46,318 nucleotides of DNA, from positions 1-46,318 of the forward strand of contig CAMJHI010000001.1 in the NCBI GenBank assembly GCA_946405475.1, in the 5' to 3' direction. The translations under genes were made by a program, and so were the position numbers. The DNA comes from an uncultured Clostridia bacterium (GTDB taxonomy: Bacteria > Bacillota > Clostridia > Oscillospirales > Acutalibacteraceae). This document shows positions 8,091 through 20,500 of the stretch, in pieces. The notes under the pieces are model-generated. The model was not told the origin of the DNA. It saw nothing but the letters and a program-made list of their open reading frames with translations, and made no database searches. Within the stretch, counting starts at the first letter, position 1; each line of letters opens with the position of its first letter.

Positions 8091-8669
8091 TTATATTCCG
8101 GATGAGCTGCTCATATTCAGGATCAGTTCGTTGTAACAGGCCACGCTGTCCGGGTGGATGGCGCGGCGCTTTTTGAGCAGATCGCGGATGGTGTAATCCA
8201 GCGTGTAGAGCATGGTTTTTTCCAGCCCCTGCTCCGCCAGCTCGCGCACCACAGCCACATCGTCATACACGCGGTCGGCCGAAATAAAATCGGCAATGTA
8301 CAAAATCTTTTCCATCCGGCTCATGCCCGCCCGCGCGGTCGTGTGATAGCGGATCGCCGTCAGAATCTCTTCATCCGTGATATTCAGCTTTTCTTTCAGG
8401 AAGATCGGCGCGCTCATGGCGTGCCACAGCTTGGGGTTGCGCCGTTCCGCTTCGCTCAGTTCCACCCCGCCCAGCCGGAACAGCTCGAACTGCTCCGCTT
8501 CATCGGCTTCCTTGGTGATATCGTGCAGAAGCCCGGCCACGTAAGCCTTTTCGGGGTCGGCACCGTACCGTTCCGCCAGCTCGGCGGCCGCCTGCGCCAC
8601 ACAGAAGGAATGCTTACAGCGGTAATCGGACAAACGGCTTTGCAGCAGCGTTTTATACGTTTCGATCAC
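8091..8669 (-). CDS. yqeK: bis(5'-nucleosyl)-tetraphosphatase (symmetrical) YqeK, HD domain
   Basis: HD motif HSFCVAQ...GLLHDITKE. Lies in the conserved position downstream of and overlapping nadD. Confidence 0.85.
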   Translation of the reverse strand: MIETYKTLLQSRLSDYRCKHSFCVAQAAAELAERYGADPEKAYVAGLLHDITKEADEAEQFELFRLGGVELSEAERRNPKLWHAMSAPIFLKEKLNITDEEILTAIRYHTTARAGMSRMEKILYIADFISADRVYDDVAVVRELAEQGLEKTMLYTLDYTIRDLLKKRRAIHPDSVACYNELILNMSSSSGI

Positions 8670-9255
8670 GGTACAGTCCCCTTTCGTCGATATAGGCGCG
8701 CACCGCCGGCAGCAGCAGCCCGTCGGTGGGCAGCCCCTGATGAATGAGCGCGCGCACCTGCGTGGAGCTGACCTCGAACGGCGGCAGCGTCGAGCGCAGC
8801 AGCGGATACTGCTGAAAAACGGCGGGCGTTTTTTCGGCGGAAAGGTCGGCCGTATCCTCGTAGCGGGAGGTCACGCAGACCGTGCAGAGCTTGAGGATAT
8901 CCTCACAGCGGTACCACTGATCGAAGGTCTGCATCATGTCAGACCCCATGAGCAGGATCAGTTCATCCTGCGGATATTCGGCCTTGAGCGTCGTGAGCGT
9001 GTCAAAGGTGTAGCTTTTGCCGCCGCGGCGGATCTCATAATCGCTCACCTCGCACCAGCTCGGGAACGCCAGGCGGCACATGGCCAGCCGGTCTTCACCG
9101 CTGGCCAGATCGTGCGAGATTTTATGCGGGGGCAAAAAGGTCGGAATGACAAGAAGCCTGTCGAGCAAAACCGTCTGACGGATATGCTCGACAAGCCTGC
9201 TGTGTCCGATATGCGGCGGATTGAACGTGCCGCCGAAAACGCCGATTCGTTTCAT
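8653..9255 (-). CDS. nadD: nicotinate-nucleotide adenylyltransferase
   Basis: MKRIGVFGGTFNPPHIGH nucleotidyltransferase motif. 200 aa, in a yhbY-nadD-yqeK arrangement. Confidence 0.93.
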   Translation of the reverse strand: MKRIGVFGGTFNPPHIGHSRLVEHIRQTVLLDRLLVIPTFLPPHKISHDLASGEDRLAMCRLAFPSWCEVSDYEIRRGGKSYTFDTLTTLKAEYPQDELILLMGSDMMQTFDQWYRCEDILKLCTVCVTSRYEDTADLSAEKTPAVFQQYPLLRSTLPPFEVSSTQVRALIHQGLPTDGLLLPAVRAYIDERGLYRDRNV

Positions 9256-9632
9256 CTTTCCTGATCCCTGCGGAATTTCCGAACGGGCCTGACCTTGTAG
9301 CCCATTTTGCGCGCCTGCTGTTTGGTGGCGGGGCGCTTTTTTTCTTCTTTCTTTTCGGTGTGGAGCTCTTCACTGTAGCGGTAAAGCACCACCACGCCGC
9401 CGATGACCTGCACCACGTCAGCCCCCGTGGCGGCGGCGAGCTTGTCGGCCGCTTCCCGCGTAGTGTCGGGGCAGGTTTCGGTGAGCACCTTCACTTTGAT
9501 CAGTTCTTTGGCACGCAGCGCGTCGTCGGTCTGGGCGATGACGGCTTCGGTCACGCCGCCCTTGCCCACCTGAAACAGGGCGTCCAATCCGTTGGCCTGC
9601 CCGCGCAGCGCGGCTCGTTCTTTACTGGTCAT
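9252..9632 (-). CDS. yhbY: ribosome assembly RNA-binding protein YhbY (CRM domain) with a basic C-terminal tail
   Basis: LRGQANGLDALFQVGKGGVTEAVIAQTDDALRAKELIKVKVL matches the YhbY/CRS1 fold. The C-terminus carries about 35 extra Lys/Arg-rich residues. Confidence 0.85.
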   Translation of the reverse strand: MTSKERAALRGQANGLDALFQVGKGGVTEAVIAQTDDALRAKELIKVKVLTETCPDTTREAADKLAAATGADVVQVIGGVVVLYRYSEELHTEKKEEKKRPATKQQARKMGYKVRPVRKFRRDQER

Positions 9633-10224
9633 GGTTTTTGTTCCTTTCGGCCAGCTCCCGGGCCAAGGCGCGCAGCGCGTTGCCCCGGTGGCTGATTTTG
9701 TCTTTTTCTTCCGCCGTCATTTCGGCAAAGCTTTTGCCGCCGACCATGAACAGCGGGTCGTAGCCGAAGCCACCCTCGCCCTTCGGCGCATAGCCAATCC
9801 TGCCCTCGCACACGCCGGTGACAAGGATCTCTTCGCCGTTGGGGTAGGTGCAGCAAACGGTGCTGACAAAGCGCGCCGTGCGCTTGTCCTCCGGCACGTC
9901 GGCCAGCTTTTGAAGCAGCAGCTCGTTATTCTTCGCGTCATTGCCGTGTTCCCCGGCAAAGCGCGCCGAATAAACGCCGGGCGCGCCGCCCAGCGCATCG
10001 ACCTGCAAGCCGGAATCGTCGGCAATGCAGGGCAGACCGCTTTCCGCACAGCCGCTGCGGCTTTTCAGCCGCGCGTTTTCGGCGAAGGTTTCGCCGGTTT
10101 CTTCCACGTCGGTGAGCGTCAGCCCAAGCTGATCGGCGGTGAACACGCGCAGCCCGAGCGGCTCTAAAATGCGAGCCAGCTCGTTGCGCTTTTTCATATT
10201 ATGAGTGGCAATGATATAATCCAT
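9622..10224 (-). CDS. rdgB: XTP/dITP diphosphatase (Ham1/RdgB family)
   Basis: IIATHNMKKRNEL...EETGETFAENARLKS...DDSGLQVDALGGAPGVYSARF...GFGYDP are the family motifs. Confidence 0.92.
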   Translation of the reverse strand: MDYIIATHNMKKRNELARILEPLGLRVFTADQLGLTLTDVEETGETFAENARLKSRSGCAESGLPCIADDSGLQVDALGGAPGVYSARFAGEHGNDAKNNELLLQKLADVPEDKRTARFVSTVCCTYPNGEEILVTGVCEGRIGYAPKGEGGFGYDPLFMVGGKSFAEMTAEEKDKISHRGNALRALARELAERNKNHDQ

Positions 10225-10225
10225 C

Positions 10226-11182
10226 TTACTCGGTTTCTTCCTTGTTCTCTTCCGGTTCTTCGTCTTCGTCAGGGGTCACGTCAAACAGCCCCTCGGCAAA
10301 CGCCGCCGGGTTGAAGGGCTGCAGGTCGTCCATCCCCTCGCCCACGCCGACGAATTTGACCGGCACATTCAGATCGTGCTTGATGGCCAGCACCACGCCG
10401 CCGCGCGCCGTGCCGTCAAGCTTGGTGAGCACGATGCCGGTGATCTCGGCCACGTTTTTGAATTCTCTGGCCTGATTCACGGCGTTCTGCCCCGTGGTGG
10501 CGTCGAGCACCAGCAGGCTCTCACGGTCGGAATAAGGCAGCTCGCGGTCGATGACGCGGTAGATCTTGGCCAGCTCATCCATCAGGTTGCGCTTGTTGTG
10601 CAGGCGGCCGGCGGTGTCGATGATGATGATATCCGCGTCGCGCGCCTTGCCGGCGTTGATGGTGTCAAACACCACGGCGGCCGGATCGGCGCCCTCTTTT
10701 TGCTTGATGATATCCACACCGGCACGATCCGCCCAGATCTCAAGCTGGTCGATCGCCGCGGCGCGGAACGTATCCGCCGCGCCCAGAATGACCTTTTTGC
10801 CCTGTTCGCGGAACATATTGGCCATTTTGCCGATGGTCGTGGTTTTGCCCACGCCGTTGACGCCGATGACGAGAATGATGGAGGGAATGGTGATCATCTC
10901 GAGCTGTTCGCCGCCGTCGAGCATTTCGGCGACGATCTGCTTGATCGCCTTGCGCACCTGCTCGCCGTTGCGCAGATTGTCGCTGGCGACCTTGGCACGC
11001 AGGCGGTCGACGATTTCGGCGGCGGTCGGCACGCCGACGTCGCCCATGACGAGGATATCCTCCAGATTGTCAAACAGATCGTCCGTGATCTCGTTGACGC
11101 CGTACAGAATGTTGTCAATGGCGCCCGCCATGGAGATGCGGGTCTTTTGAAGGCCTTTGCTTAGCTTTTGAAAAATGCCCAC
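10226..11182 (-). CDS. ftsY: signal recognition particle-docking protein FtsY
   Basis: GTG start after a GGAGGAAACACC SD. NG domain with [19 protein letters not shown] and [10 protein letters not shown]. Acidic C-terminal tail. Confidence 0.95.
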   Translation of the reverse strand: MGIFQKLSKGLQKTRISMAGAIDNILYGVNEITDDLFDNLEDILVMGDVGVPTAAEIVDRLRAKVASDNLRNGEQVRKAIKQIVAEMLDGGEQLEMITIPSIILVIGVNGVGKTTTIGKMANMFREQGKKVILGAADTFRAAAIDQLEIWADRAGVDIIKQKEGADPAAVVFDTINAGKARDADIIIIDTAGRLHNKRNLMDELAKIYRVIDRELPYSDRESLLVLDATTGQNAVNQAREFKNVAEITGIVLTKLDGTARGGVVLAIKHDLNVPVKFVGVGEGMDDLQPFNPAAFAEGLFDVTPDEDEEPEENKEETE

Positions 11183-11201
11183 GGTGTTTCCTCCGTTACG
11201 G

Positions 11202-12989
<1,788 letters not shown>

Positions 12990-13031
12990 AATCTATCATC
13001 CTTTCGGTTACGATCTTTTGTTTTACCTGGC

Positions 13032-14342
13032 TTAAAAGCTGATTTCTTCGTCGGCGAGCCGGCCGAGCTCCGCTTGGATCAGATATTGTTCAAACGCGTC
13101 CTCAAAGCCGTCCAGCGGCAATTGAGCGCCGTCGCCGCCGTCCATGTTCTTCACGGTCACCTCGCCGCTTTCCAGCTCGCTGTCGCCGATGACGACGGTG
13201 TTGCGCGCGCCTGTCTTGTTGGCGTATTTCATCTGCGCCTTGACCGAGCGGCCGAGGATATCATACTGAACGGCCAGACCGTTTTCGCGCATGGAATAAG
13301 CAAGCTGCGCCGCCTTGCAGTTGGCGGCGTCCCCCATGGTGACAAAGAACAGGTCGGCTCGTTCTTCTTCGGGCAGGGGCGTGTTCTGCGCCGCAAGCAG
13401 CAGCATCAGCCGCTCGATGCCCAGCGCAAATCCAAGCGACGGCGTTGCGCTGCCGCCGAGCTCTTCCGCCAGGCCGTCATACCGGCCGCCGCCGCAGACC
13501 GTGCCCTGCGCGCCGATCTGCGTGGAAACGAACTCAAACACCGTGCGGGTGTAATAATCAAGCCCGCGCACGATGGTCGGGTTGACGACGTAGGGAATGT
13601 TCATGGCGTCAAGATGGCTCTTGACCGCGGCAAAATGCGCGGCGCAGTCGTCGCAGATATAATCAAGCACCTTCGGTGCGTTTTTGGCAATTTCCTGACA
13701 TTCGGGGTTTTTGCAGTCGAGAATGCGCATGGGGTTGCGCTCAAGCCGGTCGAGGCAGGTGGGGCAAAGCTGTGCCTTCCGGCTTTCAAAGTATTCCCGC
13801 AGCGCCTTGTGGTAGTTTTTGCGGCAGGTCGGGCAGCCGATGGAGTTGAGCTCCAGCGTCAGCCCCTCTACGCCCAGAAAGCTGAAGATCTGGTGCGCCA
13901 GACTGATCAGCTCCGCATCCGCCGCGGGCGCAGCGGTGCCGAAGCATTCCACGCCGAACTGGTGAAATTCACGCAGGCGGCCGGCCTGCGGCTTTTCATA
14001 GCGATAGCACGAGGTCAGATAGCTGACCTTTTGCGGCAGCGGCTCGTTGAACAGGCCGTGCTCCAGAAACGCGCGCATCGCGCCCGCCGTGCCCTCCGGC
14101 CTCAGCGTGATGGAACGCCCGCCCTTATCGTCGAAGGTGTACATTTCTTTCTGCACCACGTCGGTGGTGTCGCCCACGCCGCGGCTGAACAGCTCGGTGT
14201 GCTCAAAAACCGGCGTGCGGATCTCTTTGAAGCCGAATTTTTCGGCGATGCTGAGCATGGTCTGCTCCACGTAGCGGTTTTTGTGGCTGTCGCACGGCAG
14301 CAGATCCTGCGTGCCTTTGATCGCTTTGGTTACCAGTGCCAT
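13032..14342 (-). CDS. hisS: histidine--tRNA ligase
   Basis: 436 aa. GTQDLLP, LRPEGTA, YRYEKPQAGRLREFHQ and GGGRYD motifs. Lies immediately upstream of aspS. Confidence 0.96.
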   Translation of the reverse strand: MALVTKAIKGTQDLLPCDSHKNRYVEQTMLSIAEKFGFKEIRTPVFEHTELFSRGVGDTTDVVQKEMYTFDDKGGRSITLRPEGTAGAMRAFLEHGLFNEPLPQKVSYLTSCYRYEKPQAGRLREFHQFGVECFGTAAPAADAELISLAHQIFSFLGVEGLTLELNSIGCPTCRKNYHKALREYFESRKAQLCPTCLDRLERNPMRILDCKNPECQEIAKNAPKVLDYICDDCAAHFAAVKSHLDAMNIPYVVNPTIVRGLDYYTRTVFEFVSTQIGAQGTVCGGGRYDGLAEELGGSATPSLGFALGIERLMLLLAAQNTPLPEEERADLFFVTMGDAANCKAAQLAYSMRENGLAVQYDILGRSVKAQMKYANKTGARNTVVIGDSELESGEVTVKNMDGGDGAQLPLDGFEDAFEQYLIQAELGRLADEEISF

Positions 14343-14370
14343 AAATCAGGTTCCTCTCAATAAACAGAGA

Positions 14371-14391
14371 GGCGGACAGAAGTTGTCCGCC
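14371..14391 (-). terminator. hairpin between mgsA and hisS (weak or partial terminator)
   Basis: GGCGGACA-GAAGT-TGTCCGCC stem-loop 18 nt after the mgsA stop codon. On the minus strand it is followed only by the weakly T-rich TCTCTGTTTATT. Confidence 0.35.
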
Positions 14392-14408
14392 CCAAAAATG
14401 CAGATAAA

Positions 14409-14810
14409 TTATTTCGGGTTTACGATATCGCGCCAATCCAGATCGCCGCGTTCAAGGCTGTGGATGATTGCCTCGGCGGTCGCGATGTTGGTGGCAACCG
14501 GAATGTTGTGCACGTCGCACAGGCGAAGGAGCGTGGACTCGTTCGGCTCATGCGGCTTGGGATTGAGCGGATCGCGGAACAGCAGAAGAAGGTCGATCTC
14601 GTTGCAGGCAATGCGCGCGGCGATTTGCTGATCGCCGCCCTGCGAGCCGCCGAGGAAGCTTTGAATCTGCAAGCCGGTCGCTTCGCTGACCATTTTGCCG
14701 GTCGTGCCCGTGGCGCAAAGCGAATGGCGGCTGAGAATGCCGCAATAAGCGATGCAGAACTGAGTCATCAGCTCTTTTTTTGCGTCGTGTGCGATTAAAG
14801 CAATGTTCAT
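14409..14810 (-). CDS. mgsA: methylglyoxal synthase
   Basis: ALIAHDAKK...ATGTTG...GGDQQI...[11 protein letters not shown]...NIPVATN are canonical MGS motifs. 133 aa. Confidence 0.93.
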   Translation of the reverse strand: MNIALIAHDAKKELMTQFCIAYCGILSRHSLCATGTTGKMVSEATGLQIQSFLGGSQGGDQQIAARIACNEIDLLLLFRDPLNPKPHEPNESTLLRLCDVHNIPVATNIATAEAIIHSLERGDLDWRDIVNPK

Positions 14811-14897
14811 AAGATTCCCCTTTCCGCTGTCAGTCGAATTTGTGTTGCGCGCGGTAAACGGTCCGCCTTTGTGCCAAAAAAGATTTCGCTAAATAAT

Positions 14898-14926
14898 ATA
14901 TTAGCAAATAATTTCCTATAAGTCAA
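14898..14926 (-). promoter_or_regulatory. sigma-A type promoter for mgsA
   Basis: The minus strand reads TTGACT-17 nt-TAATAT within the AT-rich 144-bp spacer upstream of mgsA. Confidence 0.55.
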
Positions 14927-14954
14927 AGATTTTTCAAAAATTATTGAAAAGCGG

Positions 14955-15683
14955 TCAATCAATCTCCAACAGGATGCGCTTGCCGTTGAGCCGGCCGGCG
15001 ATGCGGGCAAACGCCTTCATGGCCTTGCTTTTTTCCGCCACGGCCTGCCCCCGGCTCATGCCGAACGTCACGGCCGGATCCGCCGGCACAACGCCGAGCA
15101 GGCGCAGGTGCGTGCAGTCGATCACCTCGTCGATGTTCAGCAGCTTGCTTTTGGCGACCGCTTTGGAATCGAAGCGGTTGATGATCAGGCGGCTTTCAGC
15201 CACGCCCAGTTGGGCCAGCCGATCCGCCGCGACCTGACCGCTGCGCACGCAGACCTCGTCGGGTGTGGCGACAATCAGCGCCAGATCGGCCGCCGCAGCG
15301 GCAAGCTCCAGCCCGAAGCCGACGCCCGCCGGAGAATCGAACAGGATGTAATCGAACGAAGCGTCGTAAGTCAGCGCCAGTTTTTCCATGGCTTCCGGCG
15401 TGTAAGCCGGGTCAAAATCGGTCGGCGCGCTGAGCAGGGACAGATCGCCCGCCACCGCGGTGATCGCCTGTTCGGGCGTGCAGCGCTTCTGGATCACGTC
15501 GCCCCAGTGGAACAGCAGTTCGGCGCCCGCGCCCAGAATCAGATCAAGACTGCGCAGACCGATATCGCAATCCACCAATAGGACCCGATAGCCGCTGTGC
15601 CGCAGCGCCAGAGCAAGCCCCGCCGAAACCGAGGATTTGCCCACGCCGCCCTTGCCGGATGCGATCACGATATGCTTTGCCAT
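14955..15683 (-). CDS. MinD/ParA family P-loop ATPase (orphan)
   Basis: Deviant Walker A SGKGGVGKSS, then LLVDCDIGLRSLDL and FDSPAG. 242 aa. No minC or minE is nearby. Confidence 0.8.
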   Translation of the reverse strand: MAKHIVIASGKGGVGKSSVSAGLALALRHSGYRVLLVDCDIGLRSLDLILGAGAELLFHWGDVIQKRCTPEQAITAVAGDLSLLSAPTDFDPAYTPEAMEKLALTYDASFDYILFDSPAGVGFGLELAAAAADLALIVATPDEVCVRSGQVAADRLAQLGVAESRLIINRFDSKAVAKSKLLNIDEVIDCTHLRLLGVVPADPAVTFGMSRGQAVAEKSKAMKAFARIAGRLNGKRILLEID

Positions 15684-15733
15684 GGTTGGGACGCCTCACT
15701 TACTCAGTTTTAGTCAATGCGGTCGGATACCGC

Positions 15734-16165
15734 TTACATAGCCTCCAGCTCTTCCTGCGAGAGCAGACGGATGCCGTGGTCACTCAGCGCGTCGATCGCC
15801 TTGTCGTTATCGGCAACGCGGAAGATCATGTAGGCGGCGTTCTTTTTGCGCGCGGTGAAGGCGTAGATATATTCCACGTTGATCTCCGCTTCGCGCAGGG
15901 TGCAGAGAATTTTATAGAGCGAGCCCGGGGTGTCGGGCAGCTCCACGGCCAGCACGGGCGTGATGGAGAAGACGTAGCCCTCGTCCTTGAGCACACAGGC
16001 GGCTTTGTAGGAATCGTTGACAATGACGCGCACGATGCCGAAGCTTTCGGTTTCCGCCAGAGAAAGCGCGCGCATATCGATCTGATTGCGGTTGAGCACC
16101 TCGGTGAATTTTTCAAGCGAGCCGGGGGTATTTTCGACAAAGGCCGAAATTTGTTTCACGGTCAT
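15734..16165 (-). CDS. ACT domain-containing protein
   Basis: 143 aa with two ACT-like repeats (ENTPGSLEKFTEVL, PDTPGSLYKILCTL). This is the usual partner downstream of anaerobic PaaK-like ligases. Confidence 0.85.
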   Translation of the reverse strand: MTVKQISAFVENTPGSLEKFTEVLNRNQIDMRALSLAETESFGIVRVIVNDSYKAACVLKDEGYVFSITPVLAVELPDTPGSLYKILCTLREAEINVEYIYAFTARKKNAAYMIFRVADNDKAIDALSDHGIRLLSQEELEAM

Positions 16166-16180
16166 AAGAGGGCCTCCTTT

Positions 16181-17482
16181 TTAATACAGGTTGCGTTTGT
16201 CAATGACACGGACGGCTTTGCCTTCGCTGCGCTGAATGGTCTTGGGCGCAACCAGGCGGACTTTTGCGTAAATGCCGATCATGGCCTTCATGGCTTCGAC
16301 CAGCTCTTTTTCCTTCACGGAGATGGCGCTGAGCGAATCGGAGAACATTTCCGGCGTCATTTCCACGTTGACCTCGAGCACGTCGCTGTTGCGCTCGCGG
16401 CTGACGATGATCTGATAATTGGCGGGATAGCCCTTGTTGATGAGCACCGCCTCGATCTGGGACGGGAAGACGTTGACGCCCTTGACGATGAGCATATCGT
16501 CGCTGCGGCCCATCGGCTTGGACATTTTGCGGAACGTGCGGCCGCAGGGGCAGGGTTCACTGTTGATCACGCAGATATCCTTGGTGCGGTAGCGCAGCAG
16601 CGGGAACGCTTCTTTGGTGATGCTGGTGAACACCAGTTCGCCCTTTTCGCCGTCGGGCAGCACCTCGCCGGTTTTGGGGTTGATGATCTCGGCGATGAAG
16701 TGATCCTCGTTGATGTGCATGCCGGTCTGATTGGAGCATTCATAGGAAACGCCGGGGCCAGAAATTTCGGTCAGGCCGTAAATGTCGTAAGCCTTGATGC
16801 CCAGCTTGCTTTCGATGTCGCGGCGCATTTCCTGCGTCCACGCCTCAGCGCCGAAGATGCCCGCCTTGAGCTTGATCTGATCGCGCACGCCGCGCTCGTG
16901 GATGCTTTCGGCCAGATAGGCGGCGTAAGAGGGCGTGCAGCACAGAACGGTCGCGCCCAGATCGCACATGAACTGGATCTGACGGTCGGTGCTGCCCGAG
17001 GACATGGGCAGCGTGAGCGAACCGATCTTGTGCGAGCCGCCGTTGAGTCCGGCGCCGCCGGTGAACAGACCGTAGCCGTAGCTGACCTGCACCACGTCAT
17101 CCTTGGTGCAGCCGGCCGCCGTGAGCGCACGGGCGCAGCACTCATCCCACAGGTCGATGTCGTGCTGGGTGTAGAACGCCACCACGCGCTTGCCGGTGGT
17201 GCCGCTGGTGGAATGGATGCGCACGGCGTCGCGCATCGGCACGGCGAGCAGCCCCGTCGGATACGCTTCGCGCAGATCGTCCTTGGTCAGGAACGGCAGC
17301 TTGTGCAGATCGTCAACGCCCTTGATATCGCCGGGCTCCAGCCCTTTTTCTTTGAGCAGATCGCGGTAATACGGCACGTTGTCGTAAACGTGATGCACGG
17401 TTTTGACCAGGCGCTCATCCTGCCACGCGCGGATCTGATCCCGCGACGCGCATTCAATTTCGGGAGCGAAATACTTTTCCAT
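16181..17482 (-). CDS. paaK: phenylacetate--CoA ligase family protein
   Basis: 433 aa. N-terminal YYRDLL...LPFLTKDDLR, then the AMP-binding core STSGTTGKRVV and YGLTE. Confidence 0.9.
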   Translation of the reverse strand: MEKYFAPEIECASRDQIRAWQDERLVKTVHHVYDNVPYYRDLLKEKGLEPGDIKGVDDLHKLPFLTKDDLREAYPTGLLAVPMRDAVRIHSTSGTTGKRVVAFYTQHDIDLWDECCARALTAAGCTKDDVVQVSYGYGLFTGGAGLNGGSHKIGSLTLPMSSGSTDRQIQFMCDLGATVLCCTPSYAAYLAESIHERGVRDQIKLKAGIFGAEAWTQEMRRDIESKLGIKAYDIYGLTEISGPGVSYECSNQTGMHINEDHFIAEIINPKTGEVLPDGEKGELVFTSITKEAFPLLRYRTKDICVINSEPCPCGRTFRKMSKPMGRSDDMLIVKGVNVFPSQIEAVLINKGYPANYQIIVSRERNSDVLEVNVEMTPEMFSDSLSAISVKEKELVEAMKAMIGIYAKVRLVAPKTIQRSEGKAVRVIDKRNLY

Positions 17483-17577
17483 AGGTTCTCATCCTTTCTG
17501 CCTTTTGATTTGACCCATGGTAACACGAATCAAACAACAAGTAAATAACACAGAAGCATTAAACAAAATAAAATATT

Positions 17578-20500
17578 TTATTTTCTCTCGCCCGCTTTTT
17601 TGTAGCGATCCAGATGGAAATCAAAATCGATGCGGTTGAGCTTGAACTCTTTTTGGAAGCGGAACTCGCCCAGCGAACGCTCAAAACGGTTGAGGTGCGC
17701 GTAGGCTTCCTCCCGCTCGTCATAGACAAAGTCGAACGGGCGTTTTTCAAGGGAGTCGTACAGCTCGCCTGCCGTCCGGCAATCGACCCGGCCTTTCACG
17801 GCGGTCGCCGCCAGAATGATCACGTCGCGGTCATGCGGCAGCGTGATCTGCGCCGCGCCCTTTGCGGGCAGATAATATCGGAAGAAGCAGGCGGTCGCGC
17901 CGTAAACGTCGCCGCCGGTTTTGTGCAGGTGCGTCATGACCAGCCCGACGGTCTCCTTTTTGATGTAACCCGTTTCGCCCAGCGCGTAAAGATCCCACGC
18001 GCCGACGGCTTCGCGGGCGGACAAGACGTTCAGGGCCATATCGCTGTCACCGACCGTAAAATAAGCGCGCTTGTCGCCGCCGGCCGACGCGGCCAGCAGA
18101 TAAACGCCGTCGGCTTCCGGGTCGATCGCAACGGTCTGCCCGGCGCAGCGCACAGCGTTCACGCCGCTTTTGGCGATTTCAAACGGCACGCCGCCGCAGA
18201 GCAGATGCTCCGGCAGCAGCCGTTCGGACAGGCTGCACCCGTCGAAAATGCCGTCGCTGCGGTCATCATCCGGGCTGGCGACAGCGGTATCAAAGGGCAG
18301 CGCCACCGGCTCATAGACCGGCTGAACGGTCTGCGCCGCAAGTGCCTTGGGCGTAACGGCGAAGGTGCGCACGGCATAGGGCGAGAGGTCGAACGTCAGC
18401 TTGCCGTTTTCAACGACCGCTTCGCCGAGCGGCCGCTCATCGCCCGTCGTTTCTTCAGCCGCCTCGATACCGGCGGCAAAGGAAAGCTGAACGTCCTGAC
18501 ACGCATGGGGCGTTCCGTTGTTGACGCGGATCACGATCCGGTCGCTGTCCTGCGCTTTTTTGACGCAGCGCACCAGAACGGCCTCGTTGCTGACCGACAA
18601 AAGCGACGCCCTTTCGCCCCACGCGCCGGGGTGCGAATCGGTGAGGAACACCGCCATGGGCTGATTGAATTCATTCGCCTGCCGCTGGGTCTGCGCCTCG
18701 CTCCAATCGCCGCCGTGCGGATAAACGGAATAGCCGAAGCGGTTCAGACCGAGGTCGAGCATGTTCATTTTGCTCTCTTCGCGGTATTGGTTGCGGGGCG
18801 TGTGGACGCAGGTCAGGCGCAGGGTCGAATCGTTCGGCTTATCCCAGCCCACGCGGCTGTCGCTGAACACGCTCACGCCGAAGGCTCCGTCCGGCTGCGT
18901 GATATCCGCCCACATCTGCGCCGGCACTTCGTAAAGGCGGCGGGTGCTGTTGCCGCGCTCGATCGCGCCCAGCCCCAGATCGAAGGAGGCCTTCGGGTTC
19001 GCGGCGGCCAGCGGGAAGGCGGCCTTGAGCAGGGTGCGCGGGCTGCGCCACTCCACTTCATTTTGAACGTTGACGCGATTTGCGCCGGCGTCGAGCGACA
19101 CGATCTGCGTGAACGTGCTGCCGCGCGCGGTGCGGACAATTTTCAGAGAAACGCGCGCCTGCCCGTAATCCTCGAGCACAAACTTCGGATGCGCCGCACG
19201 GCAGACCGGGTCGGCCGTGACTTCCTTGTAATTCAGCTCCCACGCCGGCCAGGCCAGGCTGCCGTCGTAGGCGAACAGATCGAGCGTCATCGGCGCGCTG
19301 AGCGCCTCCCGCCCGGTGGCTTTTTCGATGATCGAGCAGATATCGCCCTGCGCGTTGAAGCGAACGATCAGGTTTTCGTTTTCGAGCATCCGCTCGGTGG
19401 CCTTGAGCGCGCCGTTGACGGAACAGGCGGTATCGCTCGGGCGGATATCGTAGACCGCATAGCCGACCGACGGCACGCGGGCGGAAAACAAAACGGTGAG
19501 CCTGCCGCCGTCCCGTCTGACCTGCGCGGGCACCTCGCGGCCCTGTGCGTCGAACACGCGGGCAAACGGCTTTTTCCAGCCGGTCAGCGCCGCGCTGACG
19601 GTTTCCACCCGCTCGGAACCGTTCTGAACGGGGTTGAACACCACGGCGGCCGTGCCCTGCACGAACGAGGTGTCGATCGCCTTCACCACGTGCGAGGCGC
19701 CGGCGCGGTATTCTTCGGCAAAGCGGTTGAGCGCCAGGCAATAATCATTCCAGTTGCGCTTGTAGCATACATTCATAGAGGTGCCGGTGATGTCGTCGTG
19801 GAACTGATGCGCGATGGTGCGCTTCCACGCTTCGTCGAGCGCGGTCTGCGGGTATTCCGCCCCCAGCAGCATGGCGGCGACGTTGACACGCTCGGCCGCG
19901 TCCGCCAGCATTTCACAGCGGCGGTTGAAGCGCTTGCCCTGCGCGCGGGAGGTGTAGCCGCCCACGGCATGATCGGAAAAGACCAGCTCGTTGTTCCACA
20001 CCGGCATTTTGTCAAGCTGCTCCGGCGTGAGCTCTTCGTCCATATCGCGGAAGATCTGATCGGTGGAGGCGCAGACGACGTCCTCCTCGCAATAGGGATT
20101 CTGGCGCTCGTCCATGCAGGCGGTCAGCACCGAATCGGTTTTCGGCGCGCCGCCGCAATCGCCCACACCGTGCAGGATTTCGGAAAACGGCAGATCATAG
20201 CGTTTGAGATTGTCGCGCACCTTTTTGCGCACGACCGGGATCTCGCGCACGGGCTTTTTGAACACCCGGGTGTAATCGCCCGCGTCGAGCTCGGCATAGA
20301 TCCATTTGCCGTCCACCCCGACCCAGCGGCCCAGATCAAAGGGAATGCCGTAGGCCGAGCTCCACATGAGCTTTTGCGTGGTGAACCCGCGCAGGCCGCA
20401 GTGCGCCGCCACGCTGGGCAGCGCCCAGCCGAAGCCGAAGCAGTCAGGCAGATAAATATCAAGGCTTTCCTTGCCGAAGGTCTTGCGGAAATAACCGTTG

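Noticed and set aside
14343-14408. Looked for a T-box leader upstream of hisS-aspS
   Set aside because: The spacer is only 66 nt and contains a single small hairpin. There is no specifier loop or T-box sequence (AANNNGGTGGNACCGCG-like), so hisS appears to be read through from mgsA or its own short promoter.
15659-17548. 629-aa + strand ORF
   Set aside because: Antisense to the ACT and paaK genes, both of which have clear family motifs. Shadow ORF.
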